64,000 bases of DNA from an uncultured delta proteobacterium (GTDB taxonomy: Bacteria; Desulfobacterota; Binatia; Binatales; Binataceae): positions 192,001 through 256,000 of the forward strand of contig CAWCDG010000007.1 in NCBI GenBank assembly GCA_963794325.1, read 5' to 3'. Shown one piece after another: positions 1 to 8,939 of the stretch; position 1 is the first letter of the stretch; each line of letters starts with the position of its first letter. The notes beneath the pieces are model-generated. The model ran no database searches. It was given only the letters and a program-made list of their open reading frames with translations, and was not told the DNA's origin. Position numbers and translations under genes: made by a program.

Positions 1-29
1 ACGAATGCAGATCCCACGCCGAACAGGAA

Positions 30-105
30 TGGCTCCCCGGGCCGGATTCGAACCAGCGACATGACGGTTAACAGCCGTCCGCTCTACCGACTGAGCTACC
101 GGGGA
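30..105 (-). tRNA. tRNA-Asn (GTT)
   Basis: Reverse complement TCCCCGGTAGCTCAGTCGGTAGAGC-GGACGGCTGTTAACCGTC-ATGTCGCTGGTTCGAATCCGGCCCGGGGAGCCA: acceptor stem, D arm, GTT anticodon, GTTCGAATC T loop and encoded CCA. Confidence 0.97.
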
Positions 106-221
106 GTACTTATGGTTTGTCTGCGCCGCGCCTGAACTACTCTCGTTATACGCGGATCGCCGTGAGATCAAGAACCGATATTATAACCGTAGATCGGCGG
201 TACGAATCAATCCGAATCGCG

Positions 222-1064
222 TCACTTGCCACCTTGCAGCGTCTTGTCCTGAATCTCGCCCATCTTCCTGACGGTCTCGGCCACGAACTTCGCCGGGAGA
301 ACTCCCGCCAGTCCTGAAAAAACCGGGTCGGTGTTCAGCGAAGTATTAGCCTCAAGAATTCCCCATAGCGCGAAGCGCAGGCCGGCACTGACGAAGACCG
401 GGGCGCCGCTGGAAAATCCGGGCGCGCTGCCGCCGTCCAGATAGCAAAGCTGCTGCAGTCCCGCGCCGATGACCTCGGTGTCAGCCGGCGCGGATACCGA
501 CACGTGGCCGAAGCGGGCGAGCGCCTCGAAGCGATTCTGATTCACGCCGACCGTCGCGGCGGTCAGGTAGTACACCTGCGCGCCGGTTTCGGGGCGGGCG
601 AACGGGTCATCGTTGCCGAGTAGTGAGCCCAGCGCGATTGGCGCGATGCTCGCTCCTTGAGGCGTCAGCGGAATCGCCGCGACGTCGGCCTTTACTTCGT
701 TTGGATCGAGCACCCAACGGTTCTCAGGCGGCAACGGCTCTTCGCGCATCGCTCCAGTCTTCGAGTCCTCGAGCGTGAGCATCAGGCCGCTGCGCGGCTG
801 GCGGTTTTCGTCGAGCAGATTGTGATGCGCCGTCACCAGGTACACGAACGATCGCCCGGGGGCCGCCTTGCTCGGCACGGCGACGAAGAATGCGGTGCCG
901 ACCTGCACCGTGCGGCCTTCGGAGTGAGTCACGATACCGGCGACGTTGCGCAGCGTTCCGGAAGGGACGTTGCCGCTTTCGTCAGAGTAGGTGCTCGGTG
1001 CGATTGCGAGCGTGGACGCGAGTGCGAAGGCGGCCGCCGCAATCGAGAGTGTGGCTTTTCTCAT
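222..1064 (-). CDS. Secreted trypsin-like (S1) serine protease-fold protein
   Basis: Signal peptide; GTAFFV, YLVTAHH (His), ADVAAI (Asp) and GFSSGAPVF (Ser) motifs. Confidence 0.7.
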   Translation of the reverse strand: MRKATLSIAAAAFALASTLAIAPSTYSDESGNVPSGTLRNVAGIVTHSEGRTVQVGTAFFVAVPSKAAPGRSFVYLVTAHHNLLDENRQPRSGLMLTLEDSKTGAMREEPLPPENRWVLDPNEVKADVAAIPLTPQGASIAPIALGSLLGNDDPFARPETGAQVYYLTAATVGVNQNRFEALARFGHVSVSAPADTEVIGAGLQQLCYLDGGSAPGFSSGAPVFVSAGLRFALWGILEANTSLNTDPVFSGLAGVLPAKFVAETVRKMGEIQDKTLQGGK

Positions 1065-1297
1065 TCGATCAGATTCATCCAGAGCTTAATTTTGGGATTG
1101 GCCCGGCTCAGTTTCGGCGCATAACGATAGCAGAAGAGCGCACGGGTGGAAGGAGGCCCGCCCCACTGAATCAGGACACTACCTAGCCGTCGCGGAGGAG
1201 TGACCGAAAGCAAAACGGCGCGGCCCGAGCTTTTCCGCTCCGTCCGCGCCGCCAATCAACTAACTTTTTGGTCAAATCGCAATTTGTTGTGCGGATA

Positions 1298-1660
1298 CTA
1301 CCAGCGGTTGCGATTTCCGCCGCCGCCGCCTTCGCGGCCGCCACCTCCGCCACCGCCGCCACGACGACGATCTCCGCCGCCGCCACCACCGCCACCGCCG
1401 CGCGGGCCGCCGGTGCTGGCGCGAGCCTCGTCAATCTTGATTCGCCGTCCTTTCAGGTCAGTGTCGTTGAGAGTCGAGATGGCCGTGGCCGCGTCGGCCG
1501 CTTCAACCATCTCGACAAAACCGAAGCCGCGCGACTGTCCCGAGAATTTGTCGGAAACCACGACCGCGCTTTCGACTTTCCCAGCCTGCGCAAAGAGCTC
1601 CGCCAGGTCTTCTTGCGTAACCGCGTAGGCGAGGTTGCCTACATACAACTTAGTGGGCAT
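1298..1660 (-). CDS. RRM RNA-binding protein with Gly/Arg-rich tail
   Basis: RNP2 LYVGNL and RNP1 RGFGFVEM; C-terminal poly-Gly; AAGGAG SD upstream. Confidence 0.95.
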   Translation of the reverse strand: MPTKLYVGNLAYAVTQEDLAELFAQAGKVESAVVVSDKFSGQSRGFGFVEMVEAADAATAISTLNDTDLKGRRIKIDEARASTGGPRGGGGGGGGGDRRRGGGGGGGGREGGGGGNRNRW

Positions 1661-1820
1661 AAAAGCCGCTCCTTACTTTTTGCCGGGAAGCTCCTAAACA
1701 GACGACCATCCGGGATGTCCGGGGATCCGAGAGAAAGGCAACGTCCGAGGCATGGTTAGGTCCTAGAGATAAAGATAGGCGCGAGGCAAATCTGAGTAAA
1801 GTCGGAGTCGCGAACGGGTC

Positions 1821-1890
1821 ACTTTATTGAATGTGAAACCCGCGGTGGGTTTCACGCTTCCCTCGGCAGGGGTGACCCCTGCACCCAGTG
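1821..1890. repeat. Repeat family B, copy 1 (double hairpin)
   Basis: ACTTTATTG..GTGAAACCCGCGGTGGGTTTCAC..GCAGGGGTGACCCCTGCACCCAGT; near-identical copies at ~4988 and ~31732. Confidence 0.9.
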
Positions 1891-1940
1891 AAATCGCGAA
1901 ATGTTGAGGACAACCTTTCGCTCTAAGGTTCCTGATTTTA

Positions 1941-2016
1941 GTGGCACAGGCTTTAGCCTGTGATTCTTTCCTGGATTTGCATGGACCAGAAAATCACAGG
2001 CTAAAGCCTGTGCCAC
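1941..2016. repeat. REP doublet (REPIN-like inverted repeat)
   Basis: GTGGCACAGGCTTTAGCCTGTGATT ... AATCACAGGCTAAAGCCTGTGCCAC; each arm is itself a GTGG-headed palindrome. Confidence 0.85.
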
Positions 2017-2066
2017 CAATGCCAGCCGCCGGAAGGTGAGGGTGCTGGGCGCGAGCACAATCTCAA

Positions 2067-2957
2067 TCACACGGGATGCGAATCGAGAAAATCGCGAACG
2101 TACTGGTTCACCAACTCAGGTTTTTCCTGCTGCACCCAATGGCCCGAATCGGGAATGTACTTTATCTCGAACGGGCCGGTGAACAGCGGCTCCATCCCGT
2201 AGGTCAGTTCCTTGCCGAGTGCGAAATCCTGCTCGCCCCAGATGAGCAGCGTCGGCGCCGCGATTTTGCGATCGATCCACGAGTTCGTCCCAGGGCGCGC
2301 CATGAAACCGATGCGGAGGTTGGCGCGATAGTAGTTGATGGCGGCGGTAATCGAGTAAGGATTGCGGAACGCGGCCCGGAAGTAGTCGAGGTCGCTGTCG
2401 GTGAAGACATCTTTTTGAATCGTGCCGTTGCGCAATGCGCTGATCAGCGCTGCGTAGTTGTTGCGGCGAAACGCCCACTCAGGAAGGCGCCGAATCTGGA
2501 AGAACAGCATGTACCAACTGCGCAGCATCTGGCGCGGATTGCGCCGCATCGCGCGACTCATCCGCTCGAAGTGCGGGCAGTTCATCACGATGAGACGATC
2601 GACGACGTCCGGACGCATCAGCGCGGTCGCCCAGGCAACGGCGCCACCCCAGTCGTGACCGATCACCGTCGCGCGCTGATGGCCGAGCGCTTCGATCAAA
2701 TCGGCTACATCGCCGACCAGCTTATCGAGGGTGTAGTTGGCGACGCCGACCGGTGCGTCGGACTCGCCGTAGCCGCGCATCTCGGGCGCGACGCATTCGA
2801 AGCGATCCGACAGCGCGCGGATTTGATAACGCCACGAATACCAGCATTCGGGGAATCCGTGCAGCATGATGATCGGGGGGCCGGAGCCCGCGCGGGCGAC
2901 GCGGAGCGTGAGTCCGCTTTTGAGTTTAATTTTTTCGAAGTGCCAGGGCTCGGGCAT
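2067..2957 (-). CDS. Alpha/beta-fold epoxide hydrolase
   Basis: HGFPE oxyanion motif, GHDWGG nucleophile Asp, SWY and NYYR tyrosines, GHWVQQE His. Confidence 0.9.
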   Translation of the reverse strand: MPEPWHFEKIKLKSGLTLRVARAGSGPPIIMLHGFPECWYSWRYQIRALSDRFECVAPEMRGYGESDAPVGVANYTLDKLVGDVADLIEALGHQRATVIGHDWGGAVAWATALMRPDVVDRLIVMNCPHFERMSRAMRRNPRQMLRSWYMLFFQIRRLPEWAFRRNNYAALISALRNGTIQKDVFTDSDLDYFRAAFRNPYSITAAINYYRANLRIGFMARPGTNSWIDRKIAAPTLLIWGEQDFALGKELTYGMEPLFTGPFEIKYIPDSGHWVQQEKPELVNQYVRDFLDSHPV

Positions 2958-2990
2958 GGGGTTACCGATAAGCGGGAGTGCAGGGCGCGC

Positions 2991-3027
2991 AACCTAACCC
3001 CTAACCCCTTCCCTCGAGGGAAGGGGG
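2991..3027 (+). repeat. Repeat family A (AACCTAACCCCTAA-CCCCTTCCC-loop-GGGAAGGGG)
   Basis: Exact motif with TCGA loop; eight full copies in the window. Confidence 0.92.
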
Positions 3028-3044
3028 ACAATCGCAGACGAAAG

Positions 3045-3801
3045 TTACGCGGCGACTTTCGTCGTTCCCTGCATTGCTGGCAGCTCTGGATTGCAGATGT
3101 ACCGAAGCTTCGGGAGCGTTACGTCGGCGGTGGTGAAGGTCGCCGATATCGGATTGTCGAGGCTCAGATAATTCCCGGCCCCGAACGCGTCGTTGTCCAT
3201 CAGGACAATCCGCGGCTTGCCGCGCTCCGCTTTCGAGAACGTGAACTCGGGATCGACCTGCACCAGGACCAGCTTGCCGTCGTCCTTGTTGCGTGCGAGA
3301 TGCATGCTCGCGATGTATTGAATGTCGCCGCCGGAAATCATGTCGCGGTCGAGCAGCTCGCATTCGAGCACCGGCTTGCCGCCGGCGGTGACGCGCCCGA
3401 CGACGCGGTCGTGACGGATGTCGAGTTTGACGTCGCCGGCGACCGTCGGATAACCCCATCGCGCGGCCATCTCGCGGCGCGCGTCATCATTGTCGCAATA
3501 ACTGCGCAGCACGAAACCGCGCGGACGAACGCCGGTGCGGCCGGAGACGCGAACCTCGGCGATCGAGAACGCGCCGACCGGGCTCTCGGGATAACTCGTC
3601 ACGCAGAAAATCGCGTACTCCGGAATCGACGGATGCATCGTCGCGGGGATCAAGTTGTCGGCCGGGATCGTCGTCGATCTCCATGTTGATGGTGAGAATC
3701 TTCGCGCCCTTCAAAGTCCACGGCTCGGTCTTGTAGCCGTTGATCGTCGGCACCGACTTGGCCCATGCGGACAGATTCAGTTTTCCAAAACGCGGCGGCA
3801 T
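3045..3801 (-). CDS. Acetoacetate decarboxylase-like fold protein (frameshift near 3665, probably a sequencing error)
   Basis: N-terminus MPPRFGKLNL...PWTLKGA is in one frame and LIPATMHP...WGYP in another; removing one base joins them; start overlaps the upstream LLM stop. Confidence 0.7.
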
Positions 3802-4913
3802 CAGCGGCCTCCTGCGGCGGCGGACGCGGTGTCGCTCGCGCCCTGAAAATGAGGCATCACTTCTTTCGCGAACAGGCGCAATGAATCGAGCACCTTTTGC
3901 TGCGGCACCGTTTCGAGCGCGTTCAGCAGGAAGTTGACGCGATCGACGCCGACCGCCTCCCACTTTTTCATCTCACGCGTGATGCGCGCGGGATTTCCCA
4001 TCGCAATACCCTCCGGCGCGCCGGACGCATCGCCGGGACCCGCCGCATCCTGGCGCAGCGACGGCAACAATCCGAGCGACGGATACGACTTGCTCGGATA
4101 CGCCTCGCGCGCGGCCAGCAATTGCGCGGCGAGATAATTGAAAGTGCCGGTGAGGCGCTTGCCGACCTTCACGCCCTCGGCATCGTCCTCATGACAGTAC
4201 AAAAAGTTCACCGTCGAGACGGCTTCGTTGACGACCTCGCCGACCGGAGTGCAGTTCTGGATGATTTTGCGATAGCGCTTGACCTTCTCGTCCTGCTCGG
4301 CGAATCCGCCGAAGGTCAGCCCGAGACTGCCCATCCCACGCTCGGCCGCGTCGATTTCGGTGCCGGGACTGGTGACCGCAACCCACAGCGGCGGATGCGG
4401 TTTCTGATACGGCTTGGGCACGATGGTGCGCTGCGGCATCGACCACGAGCGTCCCTGGTACGAGAAGCGCTCCTGCGTCCACATCTTGGGCAGGCAATGG
4501 ACGAACTCGTCCCAGGTCTTCTTGGTTTCGTCGGGACTCGCGCGGAATCCCGCCAGCTCGGTCCAGGTTGCGGAGCGGCCGGTGCCGACGTCGAGGCGTC
4601 CGCCGGAAAGAATGTCGAGCACGGCGGTGCGCTCGGCGATTTTGATCGGATGATTGAACTCGGGCACGCATACGATGATGCCGTGACCGACGCGCATTTT
4701 CTTGGTCTTCATCGCGCAAGCGGTCAGGAACAACTCGGGCGCGGGGCAATGCGAATATTCTTCGAGGAAGTGATGCTCGACGGCCCACACGGAATCGAAG
4801 CCGAGGGAATCGGCGAGGGCGACCTGCTCGAGGCAGTTGTCGTACACAGTTTTTTCGGTTTCGCGCCCCCATGGTCGCGGTACCGAGATTTCATAGAAGA
4901 GGCCGAATTTCAT
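3801..4913 (-). CDS. LLM-class (luciferase-like) flavin-dependent oxidoreductase
   Basis: MKFGLF, ADSLGFDSVWAVEHHF, AVLDILSGGRLDVGTGRS, PKPYQKPHPPLW; GGAGG SD. Confidence 0.92.
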   Translation of the reverse strand: MKFGLFYEISVPRPWGRETEKTVYDNCLEQVALADSLGFDSVWAVEHHFLEEYSHCPAPELFLTACAMKTKKMRVGHGIIVCVPEFNHPIKIAERTAVLDILSGGRLDVGTGRSATWTELAGFRASPDETKKTWDEFVHCLPKMWTQERFSYQGRSWSMPQRTIVPKPYQKPHPPLWVAVTSPGTEIDAAERGMGSLGLTFGGFAEQDEKVKRYRKIIQNCTPVGEVVNEAVSTVNFLYCHEDDAEGVKVGKRLTGTFNYLAAQLLAAREAYPSKSYPSLGLLPSLRQDAAGPGDASGAPEGIAMGNPARITREMKKWEAVGVDRVNFLLNALETVPQQKVLDSLRLFAKEVMPHFQGASDTASAAAGGR

Positions 4914-4987
4914 GGCAATACCTCCATACCGTTCGTTTAGCGCAATCGCGGAGAGATCGAAAGTCCTGTGAAAGGGAAGGGTAAATC

Positions 4988-5055
4988 ACTTAATTAAAAT
5001 GAAACCCGCGGTGGGTTTCATGCTTCCTTCGGCAGGGGTGACCCCTGCACCCAGT
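4988..5055. repeat. Repeat family B, copy 2
   Basis: ATGAAACCCGCGGTGGGTTTCAT..GGCAGGGGTGACCCCTGCACCCAGT. Confidence 0.9.
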
Positions 5056-5094
5056 ATAAAAAGAGTGCGCGGGCTCGTCCCCAAGAATCCGGTT

Positions 5095-5130
5095 CCCCTT
5101 CCCGCGCGGGAAGGGGTTAGGGGTTAGGTT
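5095..5130 (-). repeat. Repeat family A
   Basis: CCCCTTCCCGCGCGGGAAGGGGTTAGGGGTTAGGTT. Confidence 0.92.
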
Positions 5131-5227
5131 CTTCAGCGCAATCACCATCAATGCATCATAAGTGCCCCTGTATATCGCTTGACATATGTTGATTGATACG
5201 GTTTAGATCGAAGTCGAGGACCTTCCC

Positions 5228-6580
5228 ATGAAACACGAACTGATCGACGTGCCCGAGCCGAACCTCATCCGCGAACAATTCCCCTACGACGCGGTGCCGC
5301 GAATCATCTTCGACGGCGAGTTCGAGAAACCCGACCCGGCGCCCGATTTTTTCATCACCGACACGACCTTCCGCGACGGACAGCAGGCCCGTCCGCCGTA
5401 CACTGCGGGCCAGATCGTCGCGATGTTCGATATGCTGCATCGTCTCGGCGGCCCTAACGGCATCATCCGGCAAACCGAATTTTTCCTGTACTCGAAGACC
5501 GATCGCGAGGCGGTGAATCGATGCCTCGCGCGCGGCTACGAATTTCCCGAAGTCACCGGATGGATTCGCGCGGTGAAAGCGGATTTCAAGATCGTCAAGG
5601 AGATGGGGCTGCGCGAGACCGGGATTCTAACCTCGGCGTCCGACTACCACATTTTCAACAAGCTCAAGAAAACCCGCCGCGCTGCGATGGACGACTACCT
5701 CGAGATCGTCAACGCGGCGCTCGATGCGGGCTTGCGCATCCGATGCCATCTCGAGGACGCGACCCGCGCGGATTTTTACGGCTTCGTCGTGCCGTTCGTG
5801 TCGAAGCTGATGGAACTCGGCGACGCCGCGCGGCTTCCCGTCAAGATTCGCGTCTGCGACACGCTCGGATTCGGGGTGCCGTACCCGGGAGTCGCGCTGC
5901 CGCGCAGCGTGCCGAAGCTGATTCTGGGGCTGCGCCGGGAATGCGGCGTCAAGCCCGATCAACTCGAATGGCACGGGCACAACGACTTCCACAAGGTGCT
6001 CGCCAACGCGACTGCGGCGTGGCTCTACGGATGCATGTACGCCAACGGCACGATTCTCGGTTACGGCGAGCGCACCGGTAATCCTCCGCTGGAGGGGCTG
6101 GTGATGGATTACGTGTCGCTCAAGGGCGGCGCGAACGGAATGGACTTGTCGGTGATCACTGAAATCGCTGAGTACTTCGAGCGCGAAGCCGGTTACCGGA
6201 TTCCCGCCAATTATCCGTTCGTCGGACGCGACTTCAACGTGACGCGCGCGGGGATTCATGCCGACGGACTGCTGAAGGACGAGGAAATCTACAACGTGTT
6301 CGACACGTCGAAAATTCTCGGTCGCCCGCCGCGGGTCGCGGTCGATAAAACTTCCGGCGCCGCGGGGATCGCGTGGTGGATCAATTCGTACTTCGGTCTG
6401 GCCCGTGGCGCGCAGGTCGAAAAGCGCTCGCCCGAGGTGCTCGAGATCGCGAAGTGGGTCGATGCGCAGTACGACGACGGCCGCACCACCTCGATTTCGG
6501 ATCAGGAGATGGAAGCGCAGGTGAGGCGGCATCTGCCGCGATTGTTCGAGAGCGGTGCTACCGAAAGGCTCGCTGGATAG
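5228..6580 (+). CDS. Re-citrate synthase-like DRE-TIM metallolyase (LeuA/homocitrate synthase superfamily)
   Basis: ITDTTFRDGQQ, QTEFFLY, RCHLEDxTRADFYGFVVPF, WHGHNDF, GERTGN and FNVTRAGIHADG match my recollection of the clostridial Re-citrate synthase subfamily; no LeuA regulatory domain. Confidence 0.8.
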   Translation: MKHELIDVPEPNLIREQFPYDAVPRIIFDGEFEKPDPAPDFFITDTTFRDGQQARPPYTAGQIVAMFDMLHRLGGPNGIIRQTEFFLYSKTDREAVNRCLARGYEFPEVTGWIRAVKADFKIVKEMGLRETGILTSASDYHIFNKLKKTRRAAMDDYLEIVNAALDAGLRIRCHLEDATRADFYGFVVPFVSKLMELGDAARLPVKIRVCDTLGFGVPYPGVALPRSVPKLILGLRRECGVKPDQLEWHGHNDFHKVLANATAAWLYGCMYANGTILGYGERTGNPPLEGLVMDYVSLKGGANGMDLSVITEIAEYFEREAGYRIPANYPFVGRDFNVTRAGIHADGLLKDEEIYNVFDTSKILGRPPRVAVDKTSGAAGIAWWINSYFGLARGAQVEKRSPEVLEIAKWVDAQYDDGRTTSISDQEMEAQVRRHLPRLFESGATERLAG

Positions 6581-6586
6581 TCGGGC

Positions 6587-6673
6587 AACCTAACCCCTAA
6601 CCCCTTCCCGAGCGGGAAGGGGAACCGGATTGTTTGGAGTAACCTCTTCCCTTCTGGGGAAAGGGGAACCGGA
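6587..6673 (+). repeat. Repeat family A plus a degenerate tandem second copy
   Basis: AACCTAACCCCTAACCCCTTCCCGAGCGGGAAGGGGAACCGG, then TAACCTCTTCCCTTCTGGGGAAAGGGGAACCGG. Confidence 0.9.
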
Positions 6674-6683
6674 ATATGGTGGA

Positions 6684-7619
6684 TTAGATTCTGATCCAGC
6701 CGGCTGGAATCAGATCCCTGGTGTCAAAGTAGCCTTCGAAGTCGCCGAGGGCACGGCGGTATCGATACGGGACGGATGGATTCCCGTGATCTCCGGAAAA
6801 CCATTGCAAAGGTGCGATCACTTTCTTGTTCGGGTTGGGGTCGAGCCATGCGCCCCACCATGAGAACGTGGAATTCGCGATGATATGCCCTTTGCATCGG
6901 GCCATCAGGAAAAGATCTTCGATCTCCGTGAGCGCTTCGACGAAAAACACAGGATGGCCGCGAAACCGGTCCTTACACCACTCGATATCATCGGAGAAGA
7001 TCACGAAGGTGGTGCCGGGATCGAACTGCGACATCGCGCGCTCGTAATAATCACCCGCCGCCAAATCCGGATGAGTTGGATTACCGATGTAGTCGGTCCG
7101 GCGCACATGGACCGAGCAGGTCTTCGCCGCGAGCAGATCGTCAAATGCCCGTTCGAGAAAATACGACAGCGCGTGATGGGGCGTGAAGTAGCGGCGCACC
7201 TCGTCCGCGCAGTGGGCAAAGTATCGCTCTGATTGGAAATAGCCCCTGAGTTCCGCGGTGCGCTCGATCATGATTTCTTCGTAAGCGTGGGTGCTAGGCA
7301 TACGCCGCTGGAAATGTCGAATCGGGCGGACCTGCGGAATCGGAAATTCAAAATGCCTCGCGTACGGCCACGGAGGAAACACGAACGAACAACCGTTGCG
7401 GCGGGCGATACCGATGGTCGCGGCGATCTGAAAAAGCTGGTTGCCAAGTCGCCCAAGCTCGCCGATCGGAAAGGTGACGAATTTTGTGTCGCTGAACCGC
7501 GAGCGCAGCCTTCGGGCAATTGGCTCCAGGACCGGGAGCTTCGCGGCCTCCGCAATGAGTATCCTCAAGGCTGAGGGCTGCGAGGCTTCAGGTTGCGAAG
7601 AGTTCATTGGAAAATTCAT
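6684..7619 (-). CDS. GT11 alpha-1,2-fucosyltransferase family glycosyltransferase
   Basis: GRLGNQLFQ, GYFQSERYF, HVRRTDY, FSDDIEWC and IIANSTFSWWGAWL; start placed at the ATGA overlap with the MFS stop. Confidence 0.9.
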   Translation of the reverse strand: MNFPMNSSQPEASQPSALRILIAEAAKLPVLEPIARRLRSRFSDTKFVTFPIGELGRLGNQLFQIAATIGIARRNGCSFVFPPWPYARHFEFPIPQVRPIRHFQRRMPSTHAYEEIMIERTAELRGYFQSERYFAHCADEVRRYFTPHHALSYFLERAFDDLLAAKTCSVHVRRTDYIGNPTHPDLAAGDYYERAMSQFDPGTTFVIFSDDIEWCKDRFRGHPVFFVEALTEIEDLFLMARCKGHIIANSTFSWWGAWLDPNPNKKVIAPLQWFSGDHGNPSVPYRYRRALGDFEGYFDTRDLIPAGWIRI

Positions 7620-8854
7620 GCCGCGCCGGAATGGAGATCGCGGCCCATCCGCTCGCGCCCGAGCAAAATGACGACCGCGGCCAGGACCATCACAATTGCC
7701 GCGACGCTCGCGAGCGTCGCCGCATAGCCATATCTCTCCGCCAGCAGCGCCTGGCTGACGGCGGCTCCCGAAGCCATCAGGACGCCGATCTGATACGCAA
7801 GTCCCGAAAAAAGCCCGCGAACTTCCGGCGGTGACAGCTCCGTCAGATGCGCCGGGATTACGCCCCATGCTCCCTGCACCATGAACTGCATCACAAACGC
7901 GCCGAGTGTGAGCATCACCAGCGTCGAGGGATAAATCCACAGCGGGATGACGAAGCCGGCGCAGATCACCGCGGTCGCCATGGTGCGGCGGCGTCCCCAT
8001 CGATCGGAAAAATAGCCGAAGGTCAGCCCGCCGAGCAGCGCCCCTACATTATAGATTACTGCGATCGTGGCGACGGTGCGGGTGTCGAAGCCGCGGGTCT
8101 TTTCGAGAAACGTCGGATACATATCCTGCGTGCCGTGCGAAACGAAATTCATCATCGTCATCAGCGCGCACAGGTACAGGAACAATTTCCAGTTCGCGCG
8201 AATCGCGCCGCGAATCTTCGACATGTCGGGGCGGGTGCGCAGCCATGCTTCCGACTCGGGAACTTTGGTGCGGATGTAAATTGTCAGCAACGCGGGCGCG
8301 CCGCCGAGGAAGAACATCGCGCGCCATCCGAAGTGCGGAAAAACGAAGAAGAACGCGGCCGCCGCGAGCAGGTAGCCGACCGCGTAACCCTCCTGCAACA
8401 GGCCGGAGAAAAATCCGCGCCATCGCGGGGACACCGCTTCCATCGCGAGCGACGCGCCCACGCCCCATTCGCCACCCATCCCGATTCCATACACCGCGCG
8501 CATGAACAGGAACCATCCGTAGCTCGGCGCAAGGCCGCTCAACACTTCGACGACGGAATAGAAAATGACGTCGACCATCAACGGGATGCGGCGGCCGTAG
8601 CGGTCGGCAACCCAGCCGAAGATGATCGCGCCAACCGGACGCAGGGCGAGCGTCGCAGTGATGGTAAATGCGATGTGCGAGATTGGGCGATGGAACTCGC
8701 GCGCCACCGCGGGCATCACGAAAATCAGGATGAAAAAATCGAACGCATCGAGCGCCCAACCAAGAAAGCTCGCGAGCAGAGTATGCGCCGCCTCGGCAGA
8801 CGTAATCGCACGCACCGGTTCAAGCGCGGGGACAGAAGAATCCATGGCGTGCAA
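7616..8854 (-). CDS. MFS transporter, SHS family (NanT/Jen1-like carboxylate transporter)
   Basis: GWALDAFDFF, ADRYGRR, GMGGEWG and SHGTQDMYPTFL; about 12 hydrophobic segments. Confidence 0.9.
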   Translation of the reverse strand: MHAMDSSVPALEPVRAITSAEAAHTLLASFLGWALDAFDFFILIFVMPAVAREFHRPISHIAFTITATLALRPVGAIIFGWVADRYGRRIPLMVDVIFYSVVEVLSGLAPSYGWFLFMRAVYGIGMGGEWGVGASLAMEAVSPRWRGFFSGLLQEGYAVGYLLAAAAFFFVFPHFGWRAMFFLGGAPALLTIYIRTKVPESEAWLRTRPDMSKIRGAIRANWKLFLYLCALMTMMNFVSHGTQDMYPTFLEKTRGFDTRTVATIAVIYNVGALLGGLTFGYFSDRWGRRRTMATAVICAGFVIPLWIYPSTLVMLTLGAFVMQFMVQGAWGVIPAHLTELSPPEVRGLFSGLAYQIGVLMASGAAVSQALLAERYGYAATLASVAAIVMVLAAVVILLGRERMGRDLHSGAA

Positions 8855-8939
8855 TGATTAATCGAACCGCAGCGGTTTGTCATTCTGCCGGCGGTGCTCC
8901 CTTGAGTTAAGCGCATGCGATGCGCGATAAGGGGATCAT

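Noticed and set aside
30-105. tRNA-Asn as an island integration site
   Set aside because: Its 3' end faces out of the window, and I noticed no integrase or duplicated tRNA end inside it.
1310-1410. CCG/CCA triplet tract as a microsatellite or poly-Pro ORF
   Set aside because: It encodes the Gly-rich tail of the RRM protein on the minus strand.
2076-3689. Long antisense or alternative-frame ORFs (e.g. 2076-3689+, 11668-13041-, 50259-51593-, 54911-56092+)
   Set aside because: They are shadow ORFs of recognisable genes, expected in high-GC DNA, and carry no motifs.
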